From: Candidatus Pacearchaeota archaeon
GTDB lineage: Archaea; Nanobdellota; Nanobdellia; Pacearchaeales; JAPDKA01
DNA: 64,000 nt
Direction of reading: 5' to 3'
Assembly (NCBI GenBank): GCA_038817835.1
Contig: JAWAZI010000003.1
Span: 5,074-69,073, forward strand
Every line of letters begins with the position of its first letter. Position 1 is the stretch's first letter. Both the position numbers and the translations under genes were made by a program. Below the pieces are notes generated by a model. The model was given only the letters and a program-made list of their open reading frames with translations, searched no databases and was not told the DNA's origin. Of the stretch, positions 1 to 10,300 are shown piece by piece.

Positions 1-564
1 TATTTTATCTATACTTAATGCAATATCATTAAATTTTTCTCTATCAATTTCACAATAATCAAAAATACCAAATAAAATATTTATACTATTAATATAAGCA
101 AATACGCTAATATCAAGAGTTTTAAAAATATCAAATGCTAAAGCTATTATTTCTGCATCTGCAACAAAACTTTTTATTCCTATTATATCAATATCACATT
201 GTGTGAATTCTCTTAATCTTCCTTTTTTTACAGGACCATCTCTAAAAACTTTTCCTATTTCATAACGTTTAAATGGAAATCTTATATTTGGATTTAGTGC
301 TATTAATTTTGCTAGTTTAAATGTTAATTCATAACGTAAGCATAATTCTCTATTTCCTCTATCTTTTAGCTTATATATTTCTTTTATTATTTCGCTTCCT
401 GCATATTTACTTGCAGCAATTTCATAATAATCTAAAATACTTGTTTCTATTGGCTTAAATCCATAAATTTTAAATTTTTCTTTTAAAATATCTATAATTT
501 TTTCTCTTAAGATTTGTTCCTCAGGCAAATAATCTTTTATTCCTTTTAATTCTTTAATTTTCAT
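1..564 (-). CDS. hisS: histidyl-tRNA synthetase, N-terminal part (C-terminus runs off window start)
   Basis: Reverse translation from ATG at 562-564 gives MKIKELKGIKDYLPEEQ...RYEIGKVFRDGPVKKGRLREFTQCDIDIIG, matching class II HisRS N-terminal motifs (DYLP; RxE; KGRxREFxQxDxDIIG). Confidence 0.75.
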   Translation of the reverse strand, partial: MKIKELKGIKDYLPEEQILREKIIDILKEKFKIYGFKPIETSILDYYEIAASKYAGSEIIKEIYKLKDRGNRELCLRYELTFKLAKLIALNPNIRFPFKRYEIGKVFRDGPVKKGRLREFTQCDIDIIGIKSFVADAEIIALAFDIFKTLDISVFAYINSINILFGIFDYCEIDREKFNDIALSIDKI

Positions 565-632
565 TAAAATTTAATATAAATAGATTAAAAAAATTTTGGA
601 AAATTTTTTAATAAATTAATGATTTAATAAAA

Positions 633-1649
633 ATGGATAAAAAAATTGAAAAAATAAAGAAAATAGTTTTAAGGAAAAGTGAAAATATAAAAGCAGAAAG
701 AGTAAGATTTGATATTAATAATTTAAATTTTAATTATTTAAAAAAATTTGTTAAGAATTATAAATATATAGGTTTTCAGGCAACAGAAGTTTATAGAGCA
801 ATTGAAATTATTAGAGAAATGAGAAAAAATAAAGCAAAAATTTTTTTTGGTTATACAAGTAATATAATAAGTTCTGGAATAAGAGATATAATTACATGGC
901 TTGTAAAAAATAAAAAAGTTCATGTTTTAGTTACTACTGGTGGCGGCGTAGAAGAGGATATAATAAAAATATTTAAACCATTCTATTTAAAATATGGAAG
1001 TAATTTTGAGAATTATAATGATAAAGAATTAAGAGAGAAAGCTATTAATAGAATTTATAATATTCTCGTTCCAGATTCTCATTATATAGAGTTTGAGAAA
1101 TTTATAATGCCGTTCTTTGATTATATATATGAAAATTTTACAAAAAATAATAAAGATTTAAGTGCTAATGAATTTATTAGGGAAATTGGTTATTGGATAG
1201 ATAAAAAAAATTTTAGAAGAAAAAAAGATAGCATATGTTACTGGGCTTATAAAAATAATATTCCAATATTTTGTCCAACTTTGACTGATGGTGCTATAGG
1301 AGATATGATTTATTTTTATAATGCTTATAAAAAAAGAAATATAAAAATTGATATTGTAAAAGACACAAAAAAAATTAATGAAATAGCCATAAATGCTAAA
1401 AAAACAGGTATAATAAGTTTAGGCTCTGGAGTAGTTAGTCATTTTATGCTAAATGCAAATTTATTTAGAAATGGAGCTGATTATGCTGTATACATTACTA
1501 CAGCTTATGAGCATGATGGGAGTGCAGCTGGAGCAAGTCCCAGTGAAGCGGTAAGTTGGGGAAAAATAAAAGGTAAAGCAAATTATGTTAAAATTTATGG
1601 AGATGTTTCAATAATTTTTCCTTTAGTTTTTATTGGTGCTTTTATTTGA
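633..1649 (+). CDS. dys: deoxyhypusine synthase
   Basis: 338 aa; TGGGVEEDIIK, DSHYIEFEKF and C-terminal SAAGASPSEAVSWGKI motifs typical of DHS. Confidence 0.8.
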   Translation: MDKKIEKIKKIVLRKSENIKAERVRFDINNLNFNYLKKFVKNYKYIGFQATEVYRAIEIIREMRKNKAKIFFGYTSNIISSGIRDIITWLVKNKKVHVLVTTGGGVEEDIIKIFKPFYLKYGSNFENYNDKELREKAINRIYNILVPDSHYIEFEKFIMPFFDYIYENFTKNNKDLSANEFIREIGYWIDKKNFRRKKDSICYWAYKNNIPIFCPTLTDGAIGDMIYFYNAYKKRNIKIDIVKDTKKINEIAINAKKTGIISLGSGVVSHFMLNANLFRNGADYAVYITTAYEHDGSAAGASPSEAVSWGKIKGKANYVKIYGDVSIIFPLVFIGAFI

Positions 1650-1659
1650 AAAGTTATAG

Positions 1660-1667
1660 TTTATAAA
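1660..1667 (+). promoter_or_regulatory. candidate archaeal TATA box (TTTATAAA) about 27 nt upstream of tRNA-Leu 5' end
   Basis: TTTATAAA centred about -27 relative to the mature tRNA start; classic archaeal spacing. Confidence 0.35.
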
Positions 1668-1690
1668 CTTAAATTGTTAATTGATATTGA

Positions 1691-1774
1691 GCGGGGGTGC
1701 CGGAGTGGTCAAACGGGTCGGGCTTAGGACCCGATGGCTTAGTGCCTTCCGAGGTTCGAATCCTCGCCCCCGCA
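1691..1774 (+). tRNA. tRNA-Leu (anticodon UAG), type II with long variable arm
   Basis: GC-rich island; 7-bp acceptor stem gcggggg/cccccgc; anticodon stem tcggg/cccga with loop cttagga; T-loop ttcgaat; long variable arm. Confidence 0.85.
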
Positions 1775-1947
1775 TTTTGAATTTTTTGTAGCATAAAAAG
1801 AGAAAAAACTAAACCATAACGCAAAATAACAATGAAATACATTTAATTTTTTATTTTTTAATATTAATGCATAAACTTCTTTGCTTATATTTTATTTTCT
1901 TTTGCATTTTTTAAAAAAATTTTTAAATTAATTTTGAATTTTTTTAA

Positions 1948-2322
1948 ATGATAAAAAAAGCTAAAATAGATAAAAGATTAAAAAAGAAAACTGATTTGAG
2001 ATTAATAAAGTTAGTTAATGAAATAAAAAAATCCGACTCTGAATTTTGGTTAAAAGTAGCAAAATATTTGGTAAGACCAAAAAGACAACAGGTTGAGGTA
2101 AATTTAGGAAAAATAAATGCTATAGCTAATGATGGAGATGTTATTTTAATTCCAGGAAAAGTTTTAGCAAACGGGGTATTAGATAAAAAAATTATTATTT
2201 CTTGTTATAAAGCAAGTGGAAATGCTATAAAGAAAATTGAATTTTCTAAATCAAAATTAATTAGTATAGAAGAATTATTTAGAAAAAATAAAACAGGGGA
2301 AGGAATAAGATTGATTGTTTAA
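1948..2322 (+). CDS. rpl18e: 50S ribosomal protein L18e
   Basis: 124 aa basic protein; position before L13-S9 as in the conserved archaeal cluster; KRxxxVNLGKIN motif. Confidence 0.75.
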   Translation: MIKKAKIDKRLKKKTDLRLIKLVNEIKKSDSEFWLKVAKYLVRPKRQQVEVNLGKINAIANDGDVILIPGKVLANGVLDKKIIISCYKASGNAIKKIEFSKSKLISIEELFRKNKTGEGIRLIV

Positions 2323-2737
2323 AATGGACGAAATAGTTATTAATGCTGACGGATGTGTTGTTGGAAGACTTGCAAGTTATGTAGCAAAGCAAGCATTATT
2401 AGGAAAAAAAATTATTATTGTTAATTCAGAAAAAGCTATAATATCGGGCAAGAAACAAAATATTTTAGATAAATATATAAATAGATTACAAAAAGGAAGA
2501 GGTTGGCAAAAAGGTCCATATTGGCCAAGAGAAGCAGAAAAAATTTTAAGAAGAATAATAAGGGGCATGTTACCATGGAAAAAAGCTAGAGGCAGAGAAG
2601 CTTTTAAGAGAATTAAATGTTTTAAAGGGGTTCCAAAAGAATATGAAGGAAAAGCTATAGAGATAAAAAATTTAAAAAAAGAATTTTTAAATTTTATAAC
2701 ATTGGGAGAATTAGAAAAATTATTAAGACATAAATAA
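2315..2737 (+). CDS. rpl13: 50S ribosomal protein L13
   Basis: VINADGCVVGRLASYVAKQALLGKKIIIVNSEKAIISG is the L13 N-terminal signature. Confidence 0.85.
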   Translation: MFKMDEIVINADGCVVGRLASYVAKQALLGKKIIIVNSEKAIISGKKQNILDKYINRLQKGRGWQKGPYWPREAEKILRRIIRGMLPWKKARGREAFKRIKCFKGVPKEYEGKAIEIKNLKKEFLNFITLGELEKLLRHK

Positions 2738-2738
2738 A

Positions 2739-3146
2739 ATGGAAAAAAAATTTATTGTTAGTGCAAGAAGAAAAACTGCAATTGCAAGAGCTGTAATAAA
2801 GCAAGGAAGCGGAATAATTAAAATAAATAATAGACCAATAGAAGTTTTTGATATATATAGAAAACTACAACTTTATGAACCAATAAGAATTGCAGAATCT
2901 ATAATAGGGCCAATTAATAATATAGATATCTATGTTAATGTTAGAGGTGGAGGTGTTCAAGGTCAAACAGAAGCAGCAAGATTGGCTATTGCAAGAGCTT
3001 TAGTTAAATTTACAGGAAATTCAAAACTTAAAAAAGAATTTATTAATTATTCTCGTGATTTGGTAGATGCTGATGTTAGACAAAAAGAAATGAGAAAACC
3101 AAGAGATAGTAAAGCAAGAGCAAAAAGACAAAAAAGTTATAGATAA
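2739..3146 (+). CDS. rps9: 30S ribosomal protein S9
   Basis: ARRKTAIARAV...GGGVQGQTEAARLAIARAL...ARAKRQKSYR, canonical S9 C-terminus. Confidence 0.85.
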   Translation: MEKKFIVSARRKTAIARAVIKQGSGIIKINNRPIEVFDIYRKLQLYEPIRIAESIIGPINNIDIYVNVRGGGVQGQTEAARLAIARALVKFTGNSKLKKEFINYSRDLVDADVRQKEMRKPRDSKARAKRQKSYR

Positions 3147-3596
3147 TTATTTTTTTCTTAAAAAATCTTCTACAATTTTTATATAATTTTCAAAAATTTT
3201 TTCCCATTCTTCTAATTTTACTAAATCAATACTAATACTTTTTCCATCTTTAATCAAATTTACTATTATATTCTTTCTAAATTCATGTTCAGAAATTATT
3301 TCATATTCATGAATATTCTTAAAAATTTCATAAAGTTCAAACATTTTTTTTATAATATCATTTTTATTTTTTAATATTTTTTGTAATTGTATTATTTTTG
3401 CTTTTGGTGTTTCGGGAATTTGGTTTATAATTTTTTTCTTTTTTGCATGAATTAAACAAGCATCTATAGTTTCATCAATAGTTGCAGCCCATCTTTTCAT
3501 TAAATTAATTATTATATCTGAAGTTTTTGTGTATTTCAAACTTGTATAAAAAAGATGCTGTGCTCTCCTTTTTTCTTTTTCAATTTTTTTTAACAT
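3147..3596 (-). CDS. hypothetical protein (149 aa, helical)
   Basis: Long ORF with no recognizable motif; occupies the position where rpoN/rpoK normally follow S9 in archaea. Confidence 0.4.
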   Translation of the reverse strand: MLKKIEKEKRRAQHLFYTSLKYTKTSDIIINLMKRWAATIDETIDACLIHAKKKKIINQIPETPKAKIIQLQKILKNKNDIIKKMFELYEIFKNIHEYEIISEHEFRKNIIVNLIKDGKSISIDLVKLEEWEKIFENYIKIVEDFLRKK

Positions 3597-3623
3597 AAAA
3601 ATTTAATAAAATTTATTAAAAAT

Positions 3624-3776
3624 TTATGCAAATAAGTTTAAAATAATTTCTGCGATTATTATTAATGACAATATTATTAAAAATTTTATTGGAGAAATTT
3701 GTATTTTACTTTTATATTCATCAGTGTATCTTGTTATACCTCCATAACTTGGTGGCAAAATAAATTTTTCAGCCAT
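3624..3776 (-). CDS. preprotein translocase subunit Sec61-beta (archaeal SecG-like), 50 aa
   Basis: MAEKFILPPSYGGITRYTDEYKSKIQISPIKFLIILSLIIIAEIILNLFA has a GG-ITRY-DE motif plus a single C-terminal TM helix, like archaeal Sec61-beta. Too short for the supplied ORF track. Confidence 0.55.
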   Translation of the reverse strand: MAEKFILPPSYGGITRYTDEYKSKIQISPIKFLIILSLIIIAEIILNLFA

Positions 3777-3810
3777 ATAAAGAATATAAAATTCTTGTTT
3801 TAAAATTTTT

Positions 3811-4062
3811 GGTAGGGAAAGATAGGCCTCCTTCTGTGGCTCATTATAGAGCCTGTCAACATTCTACTTAGCGGCAAATTAGCCTTACACAGCCTTGGTT
3901 AGCCGTTTCAACTTGTTGTGGAAATGTCAAATTTTATCATCCTACTCCACAACAAGTTTCGTTTCTGTGCCATTGCCATACCTTTCGGTATGTGTCTTTC
4001 GACACAAGGCTTTTTTTGTGGGAGGACCTTCCTCCTTTTTGGATAGTTGACCTTTCCCTACA
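3811..4062 (-). ncRNA. rnpB: candidate RNase P RNA (structured GC-rich RNA, minus strand)
   Basis: About 250-nt GC-rich island in AT-rich DNA closed by a 10-bp terminal helix (GUAGGGAAAG/CUUUCCCUAC). On the minus strand GAGGAAGGUCCUCC (CR-I-like GAGGAAAGUCC with bulged U) can pair with ACAGAAGGAGGCCUAUC near the 3' end (CR-V-like ACAGAAnCCGGCUUAUC) to form P4. Two GAAA-tetraloop hairpins and a 12-bp perfect helix (ACUUGUUGUGGA/UCCACAACAAGU) are present. Confidence 0.5.
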
Positions 4063-4105
4063 ATAGTAAAAATATTAAAAAATTTAAAAATTTTATTATG
4101 CTTAT

Positions 4106-4177
4106 GCCCCAGTAGCTCAGTGGTAGAGCACTCGCTTCGTAAGCGAGAAGGCGTGGGTTCAAATCCCACCTGGGGCT
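4106..4177 (+). tRNA. tRNA-Thr (anticodon CGU)
   Basis: Cloverleaf with acceptor gccccag/ctggggc, anticodon stem ctcgc/gcgag, loop ttcgtaa, T-loop ttcaaat; followed by T-run. Confidence 0.85.
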
Positions 4178-4238
4178 TTTTATTTTTTATAAAAATAATT
4201 TAAAAAAATAAAAAATAATAAGGCAAGATAATATTATT

Positions 4239-4901
4239 TTAGCAACAATATTCATCACCCGCACATGGTGTTGTTTTTGCAGTGAATGTCCATACATCAC
4301 TTTTATATCCAGGAGGTGTATCATCACTTACTTTTAAATAACAATTTACATATACTTCATCACTTTCATCCTGTGGTCTCAATGATCCTGCTCCATAACA
4401 TATTCCTCTTTCCTGACTTGTTAAATTACCTACAGGTTTGGGCCAATCAAATGGTATACCACCTGTTGTACATGATCTTTCCTCTTTTTCTGTACTCCAA
4501 AATCCATAAAATTGTCTCCAACTAGTTCCACCTCCAAAAAAATCTTCTTTACTTTTATTACTTGTTACACATACATATAATTCTATATTACCATCATTCC
4601 TCACTAAAAATCCTGGAAGCTCTGGTGCAACACTTACAGTCCAGTTTTGTGCTATATAATTATTTGACCCATTTACACTTACTATACCATATGCATAAGG
4701 AGCAGTAACATAACCCTCTCCAAGATTACATGTAGCATCTGGTAAAGATATTGTTAATTGTTGAGTTATATTCACTGAAATATTTCCACCACTTTGCAAT
4801 CCTGTTATCTGATTCATCTTTGAAATATTCAAATAAACACCAACCACTGCTACTATTATAGCTATTATAAGCAAAATAACTAAAATTCTATCTCCATTCA
4901 T
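4239..4901 (-). CDS. Cys-rich secreted/membrane-anchored protein (220 aa), N-terminal signal anchor, many N-glycosylation sequons
   Basis: N-terminal hydrophobic helix ILVILLIIAIIVAVVGVYL; 9 Cys including C-terminal CAGDEYCC; multiple NxS/T. Local GC content visibly higher than neighbours. Confidence 0.6.
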   Translation of the reverse strand: MNGDRILVILLIIAIIVAVVGVYLNISKMNQITGLQSGGNISVNITQQLTISLPDATCNLGEGYVTAPYAYGIVSVNGSNNYIAQNWTVSVAPELPGFLVRNDGNIELYVCVTSNKSKEDFFGGGTSWRQFYGFWSTEKEERSCTTGGIPFDWPKPVGNLTSQERGICYGAGSLRPQDESDEVYVNCYLKVSDDTPPGYKSDVWTFTAKTTPCAGDEYCC

Positions 4902-4947
4902 TTTATTTTTTTAAATTTTATTTTTATAATGATAAATTTTATATTTT

Positions 4948-5397
4948 TTAAATCTTTCTAAATAGGATAATTGCTTTTCCTGTATAATTTCCAATTTTTG
5001 CATCCTTTGGAATAACAACAGAGAAAGTTATATTTTCTTTTGTATTTTTTTTAAGTATAAAATCATTTTTATCCACAATTATCCATTTAGCTATATCACC
5101 CTTTAAATAAATCTCTACTTTTACATCTTTATTGCTAGTTACTTCTATATATCTTTCTCCTCTACCTCCAGGCATTATTGTACCAAAATTTATACTTTCA
5201 TTTTCTATATTAAATCCTATATAATCACCAACTTTTAATTTAATATCATAAATTCTTATCGCAGTAGTATTATGTAAAAACTTAATATATATCCAAATCA
5301 ATTCTGTTAAAATAATAATTAACAAAAAAATAATAAACCAAATTAAAATTTTTTTCCAATTTATAATTTTATTTTCTTTTTTTACGCGATTTTTCAT
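4948..5397 (-). CDS. membrane-anchored beta-sandwich protein (149 aa)
   Basis: N-terminal TM helix ILIWFIIFLLIIILTELIWIYI followed by a beta-rich domain; overlaps upstream gene by 29 nt (operon). Confidence 0.5.
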   Translation of the reverse strand: MKNRVKKENKIINWKKILIWFIIFLLIIILTELIWIYIKFLHNTTAIRIYDIKLKVGDYIGFNIENESINFGTIMPGGRGERYIEVTSNKDVKVEIYLKGDIAKWIIVDKNDFILKKNTKENITFSVVIPKDAKIGNYTGKAIILFRKI

Positions 5398-6547
5398 GTT
5401 TTTCTTTTTTCATTTTAATTAATTTTATAATTAAATATATCAAAATTCCAATTATGATCAAAATTCCAATTATGATCAAAATAATTTTCAAATCAACAAA
5501 TTTTTTTATTTCTATTTCTCCATATTTAACTGTTTTTCTATTATCATAATTAAGTTCTATTAATATGAAATATTTTCCATAATAATCATTAGTATCTAAG
5601 TAAGCATTAATTTTCTTTTCTTCATATGCTTTTATATTTGTTACTTCACTTGTGAATTCTTTTAATGTGAAATTATTTTTATCTAATAATTTTATTTTTG
5701 CAAATATATTTTCTATATCTTTATTCCAGAGATTTTTTACTTTAATCTCAAATATATTTAGAGCTTTACTTCTTAATATTTTGGTATAATCAATTATTTC
5801 AATTGAAGGTTTACCAACTAACAATGAATTATTTAATTCTATTTTTTTATTATCATAATTTAATTCAACTATTATATCATATTTTCCACTTAATAATCCT
5901 TCTGTTGAAAGTTTTTCCTCAAATACTTTTTCTGTTTTTATAGGTATAAAGTAGTTTAATTTAATTTCTTTTATTTTTTTATCATCTTTTTTCAAATATA
6001 AATTACCATAAATATTTACGTCTTCACTACCAATGTTTAATATACTTATTTTTATACTTGTATTTTCTCCTATTTCTACACTTTTAACATCTATAATTCT
6101 AGCTTGTATCATTTTTCCTGGATATGGACTATAAATTTCAAAAGTTGCACAAGCAGCAGTTTTAGCCCCTATACCACTAGTATTTGTAGCAGTTTTTTCT
6201 TCTTCTACACAAATATTTACAGTATATTTTCCAGCATCTAATTTTAAGTCTGGTGGAAAGTTTATAGATAATATAGCCGGTTTTTGCTCACCAGGGTTTA
6301 AAAATAATATCTCTGGGGATATTTTGAAATATTTAGTAATTTTTTCTTCACCTTTAATTGTAAATATATGGTTCATAGGTATAGAAGTTGTAGATAAAAC
6401 ATCGAAAGTATAATTTTTTTTCATACCGGGCTCAAAAAAGAATTTTTCATATATGGCAGTTCCACTTAATCCAATACCATAACAATTATTTATAGAATAT
6501 AAATATAATAATGCTATTATGAAAAATATTAAAATTATTTTTTTCAT
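5369..6547 (-). CDS. surface protein with signal peptide, internal Ig-like repeats and C-terminal TM anchor plus basic tail (392 aa)
   Basis: Signal peptide MKKIILIFFIIALLYLYS; internal repeat GKY-I-ELNYDN-K twice; C-terminal IILIIIGILIIIGILIYLII followed by KKEKHEKSRKKRK. Confidence 0.6.
   Translation of the reverse strand: MKKIILIFFIIALLYLYSINNCYGIGLSGTAIYEKFFFEPGMKKNYTFDVLSTTSIPMNHIFTIKGEEKITKYFKISPEILFLNPGEQKPAILSINFPPDLKLDAGKYTVNICVEEEKTATNTSGIGAKTAACATFEIYSPYPGKMIQARIIDVKSVEIGENTSIKISILNIGSEDVNIYGNLYLKKDDKKIKEIKLNYFIPIKTEKVFEEKLSTEGLLSGKYDIIVELNYDNKKIELNNSLLVGKPSIEIIDYTKILRSKALNIFEIKVKNLWNKDIENIFAKIKLLDKNNFTLKEFTSEVTNIKAYEEKKINAYLDTNDYYGKYFILIELNYDNRKTVKYGEIEIKKFVDLKIILIIIGILIIIGILIYLIIKLIKMKKEKHEKSRKKRK
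5441..5476. repeat. perfect 18-bp tandem duplication (caaaattccaattatgat x2) inside the TM anchor coding region
   Basis: Direct adjacent repeat visible in sequence; encodes duplicated IIGILI hexapeptide in-frame. Confidence 0.8.
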
Positions 6548-6569
6548 TATAAATAAAAAAATAAAAAAT

Positions 6570-6800
6570 TTATTCTGGTCGTGGAAGGATGTTTACACGA
6601 ATTTTTCCCTCTTCTTTATTTTTTTGTTCCTCGACGCTAACAACTATCTTTCCATAAGCTACATTCCTTGTTTCAGCTTTTGGTTTTATCATAAATAGGT
6701 TTGTTGTATTTAATGTTATCCATGTACCAATCAAAATAGTGATTATTAGTATTATTATAAGTATTGCAAATATATTCTTTGAAGTATTTTGTTTTTCCAT
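6570..6800 (-). CDS. small single-pass membrane protein (76 aa)
   Basis: N-terminal TM helix IFAILIIILIITILIGTWITL; in operon between surface-protein genes. Confidence 0.4.
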   Translation of the reverse strand: MEKQNTSKNIFAILIIILIITILIGTWITLNTTNLFMIKPKAETRNVAYGKIVVSVEEQKNKEEGKIRVNILPRPE

Positions 6801-6836
6801 TTTAACTTTATTTTTAATTTAAAGTATTAAATATTT

Positions 6837-7325
6837 TTAAATTTTTTGTATTATTTCTAAATAAAAACCATAAATAATTAACTTAATAAAATTTTTTATT
6901 AAAGTTTTTTTGTCTATTAAAACTTTATAATTTTCTATATCTTTTTTTTCTATATTAATAGTTAATTTTACACCTCTTTTTACCATTATTCCTTCTTTAG
7001 GTTTTTCTTCTTCAATTATAAAAATATAGATTTTATCTTCCAAATTTTCTTTCATATATATACTAAAATTAATTTCTTTCTCTTTTTGATTTTTTTCTAT
7101 TTCAATATTTCTTATAATATTTATAGCATCACTTGATGGGTAAATTTTTAATTTAATTGATTCGTTTTCTATATTAATAATTTTAAAACTTAAATTTACT
7201 AATTTTCCTTGTTGATAATCTATATTAATTATTCCTGGAGAAACTCCAAAACTTTTTACTAAATTAATATTTAATAAAATTAAAATAAAAATTAAAAATA
7301 TTTTTTTCATTTTATTCAATAACAT
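6837..7325 (-). CDS. secreted beta-rich protein with signal peptide (162 aa)
   Basis: Signal peptide MKKIFLIFILILLNINLVKS then GVSPGIINIDYQQGKLVNLSFKIIN beta-strand pattern; start overlaps giant gene end by 14 nt. Confidence 0.5.
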   Translation of the reverse strand: MLLNKMKKIFLIFILILLNINLVKSFGVSPGIINIDYQQGKLVNLSFKIINIENESIKLKIYPSSDAINIIRNIEIEKNQKEKEINFSIYMKENLEDKIYIFIIEEEKPKEGIMVKRGVKLTINIEKKDIENYKVLIDKKTLIKNFIKLIIYGFYLEIIQKI

Positions 7326-10300
7326 CTACAAAACTTGCAAATAAATTTATTATTGAAGTTTTTAGTCCAGGTGGTTCATAAGGTGGAACTTTTATTTTTA
7401 TTTCCATTTCAGCTTCATTACTTTCATTACTATAATTTAATTGACCTATTAACCAGTTTAAATAATTTACATTTTCCCAATTAATGGTAGAATTACTTGA
7501 ATTAAAAGATCCTTGTTCATGAAAATCTGCTTTGAATTTATAATATTCTGATGGAATATCTTGTGTTTGCCAAAGAGGAGTAGAATTAAATTCTAAATTT
7601 ATAAAACAATTTCCTTTATTTTCTATTATTATAGGCATTGGATTATTATCTGTAGTATCATTTTCTTCATTTAAATTCATTAGACCAAAGTTTATTTGTT
7701 CATTTGATAGATTAATAAATACTAAAGCATCTATGTACAAGTTTCTATCAGAACTATAATTATAATCTTCTCCATCATATGATCCAACTCCCCAAATATA
7801 ATACTCATTAGTATCCCAAAAGTTTTTAAGATTAGTTGTTAAAGTATAATTTAAGTTTGTTATATTTTCTATTGTTCTATTATCAAATGGATTACAAAGA
7901 CATGGAGGATTAGTACAAGTTCCATTATATACACAATTTATTATTAATATATAACTAACTGGATCCCCGTCAGGATCTATACTTTCTCTCCACGAAAAAG
8001 TTGGTTTCCTATTATAAAGATGTTCATTATCATTTGGATAGCTTAGTTCTGGCATTGAAGGAGGTCTATTTAAAATTATAGTTAAATATTCACTATTTGT
8101 TATATTTTTTGTTATAACTTTTATTTTATATGGTTCACTAAAATTAACTATTATTGTATGATTATTCTTATCTTCTCTATATGAAGAATTTTGGAAAAAT
8201 TCTAATATTTTTTTTGTTTTTATTCTACCATTCATATCAGTTAATTCACTAAAAATAATTGTATTATTTTTATCATACATTGTCACATTGGCATTTCCTA
8301 TGGGAAAGTTATTTTTATTTTTTACTTGTATATCCAAATACCAATGAACATAGAAATTTGCATTATCATAAACAAAGATATTACTTCTATTAATTATAGT
8401 TGTATTTATGAAAGATATATTTGAATTATTATATAGATAAATGGAAGCTTTACAATATCCATCTATACAAACAATTTCATTATCTAAAAAAGAAAAATTC
8501 TCAAAAGGAGAATTTGTTGAACTTGAAATTCTTAATAAATTTAATTCTTGAGGTAAAAATATCTTATTTTTTATAAAGCTTATATTTTTAATATCCAAAA
8601 CATTACTACTAAAACCAATATTAAATCCATAGGCATCTGAAGAATTCAATGAGAGATTAATAATATTATTCTCAAAAGATACATTTTTTGCACCTTCCCA
8701 AAACTCTATAAAAAATCCTTTTGTATTAAAATAGTTATTATATATTTTTACATCTTCTTTTTTACAATTATCACTAAAAATATGTGTAGTCCAAAAAGTT
8801 GTGATATTATTATTTAATACTTCATAAATTCTTCCGATTGTAGTACAAGAGATTGCTATTCCTGTATGGACTTTACATGTGTTATTATATATTTTAAATG
8901 GATCAAAAGCATATGTTTGAAAACATATGGAACTATATGAATTTAGAACATCTTCTAAATAATTATTATAAAAGTTTACAATTCCAATTCTAACAATTGA
9001 ATTACTTCCACTACCAAAATTATAATAATAAAATCTATTATTAGATATATTTGAAAATTGATTTGAGTCTTTAGTATCAATTAAATTATAATCCCCCCTT
9101 ACATATATACTATGATAATACCACCATGGTTGTGAAGAAACCCAACTATGATAAAATATATTATCATAGATAGAAAAATTTGAATCTAAAATATAAATAG
9201 AATTGCTATTTCTACCATCATAGTTTTTTGTTTGGTTAAAAATATTATTATAAATTTGTAGTTTATTAATTTTTGTTATTCCATATATACCATAGTTAGT
9301 TAAATTTTCATTTCCATCAATAAAAATACAATTTTTTATAGTAATATTACTTAAGTAAGAATCTATAAATATACCTTTTCCACTTTCAATTATTCCATAA
9401 GTAATTGAATAATTGTTGCAATCTATTATGACATCATTTGAAAATATATTTATACAAGTTCCATTACTTGAAATGTTTCCAATTAATTTGTAATATCCTG
9501 GTATTGTTATATTATTACATCCAAAAATTTCTTCTTCACCTATAGAAACATTAAATGGAAGATATTTCATTAAATAGAAATAATCAACCATAATATATCC
9601 TTGTTGTGAACTTCCCATTTTTCCTTCTACTCCAAAAAGCTCAGTAAATTCAGTTCCAGGATCAAACTTAAGATCAACTGAATCAAATTGAGTTCCATTT
9701 AAATAATATAGTTCTATTCTTACATTAAAACCGGATTTTTTGACAATCAAATATAACCATGTATTTTTTGGCCAATTTGTTATTGATTTCCAATCAATCA
9801 TTTCTAAAGTAGTATCAACTTTATTTTTCCAAATACCCATTCTTGGATCATCCGTAGAACCATAATTTATGATACCAGCAAAATAAAAATAACCATAAGA
9901 ATCTTGACCTAATAAAATACCTACATCATGATGAAAATAATCATTAACTGTAGGATATGTATTAATATAAACTTTTGCGTACCATGTATCTAAAGAAGAA
10001 TATTTAATGGTGGTATATGCAGATACAGCTTTTGAAGAACTATCTATAACTCTAAATCCACAATTTCCTTCATATGGTCCATTAAAGTCATAACTTCCTT
10101 GTCCACTATTTCCTATATTTTCTATTCTATCCCATCTACTTCCATCACAACTTTCAAAATCATCATAAAATTCCGTAACTTCTTTTATATCACTTTCACT
10201 TAAAGCATTTTCATTTCCATAATAAACATAAAGTTGAGTTCCATTTAGATATGTAAAATTACCTTTAACCCAAACATATGCATAATTTTCATCAATTTTT

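Noticed and set aside
3811-4062. Interpreting the GC-rich island as SRP (7S) RNA
   Set aside because: No helix-8-like GGAA/AGCA internal loop motifs were found. The CR-I/CR-V-like complementary pair fits RNase P better. Kept as RNase P candidate with moderate confidence.
3942-4169. 75-aa minus-strand ORF (MGFEPTPSRLRSECSTTELLGH...)
   Set aside because: It is the antisense reading of tRNA-Thr plus the 3' part of the structured RNA island. The GC-rich RNA genes create stop-free frames by chance.
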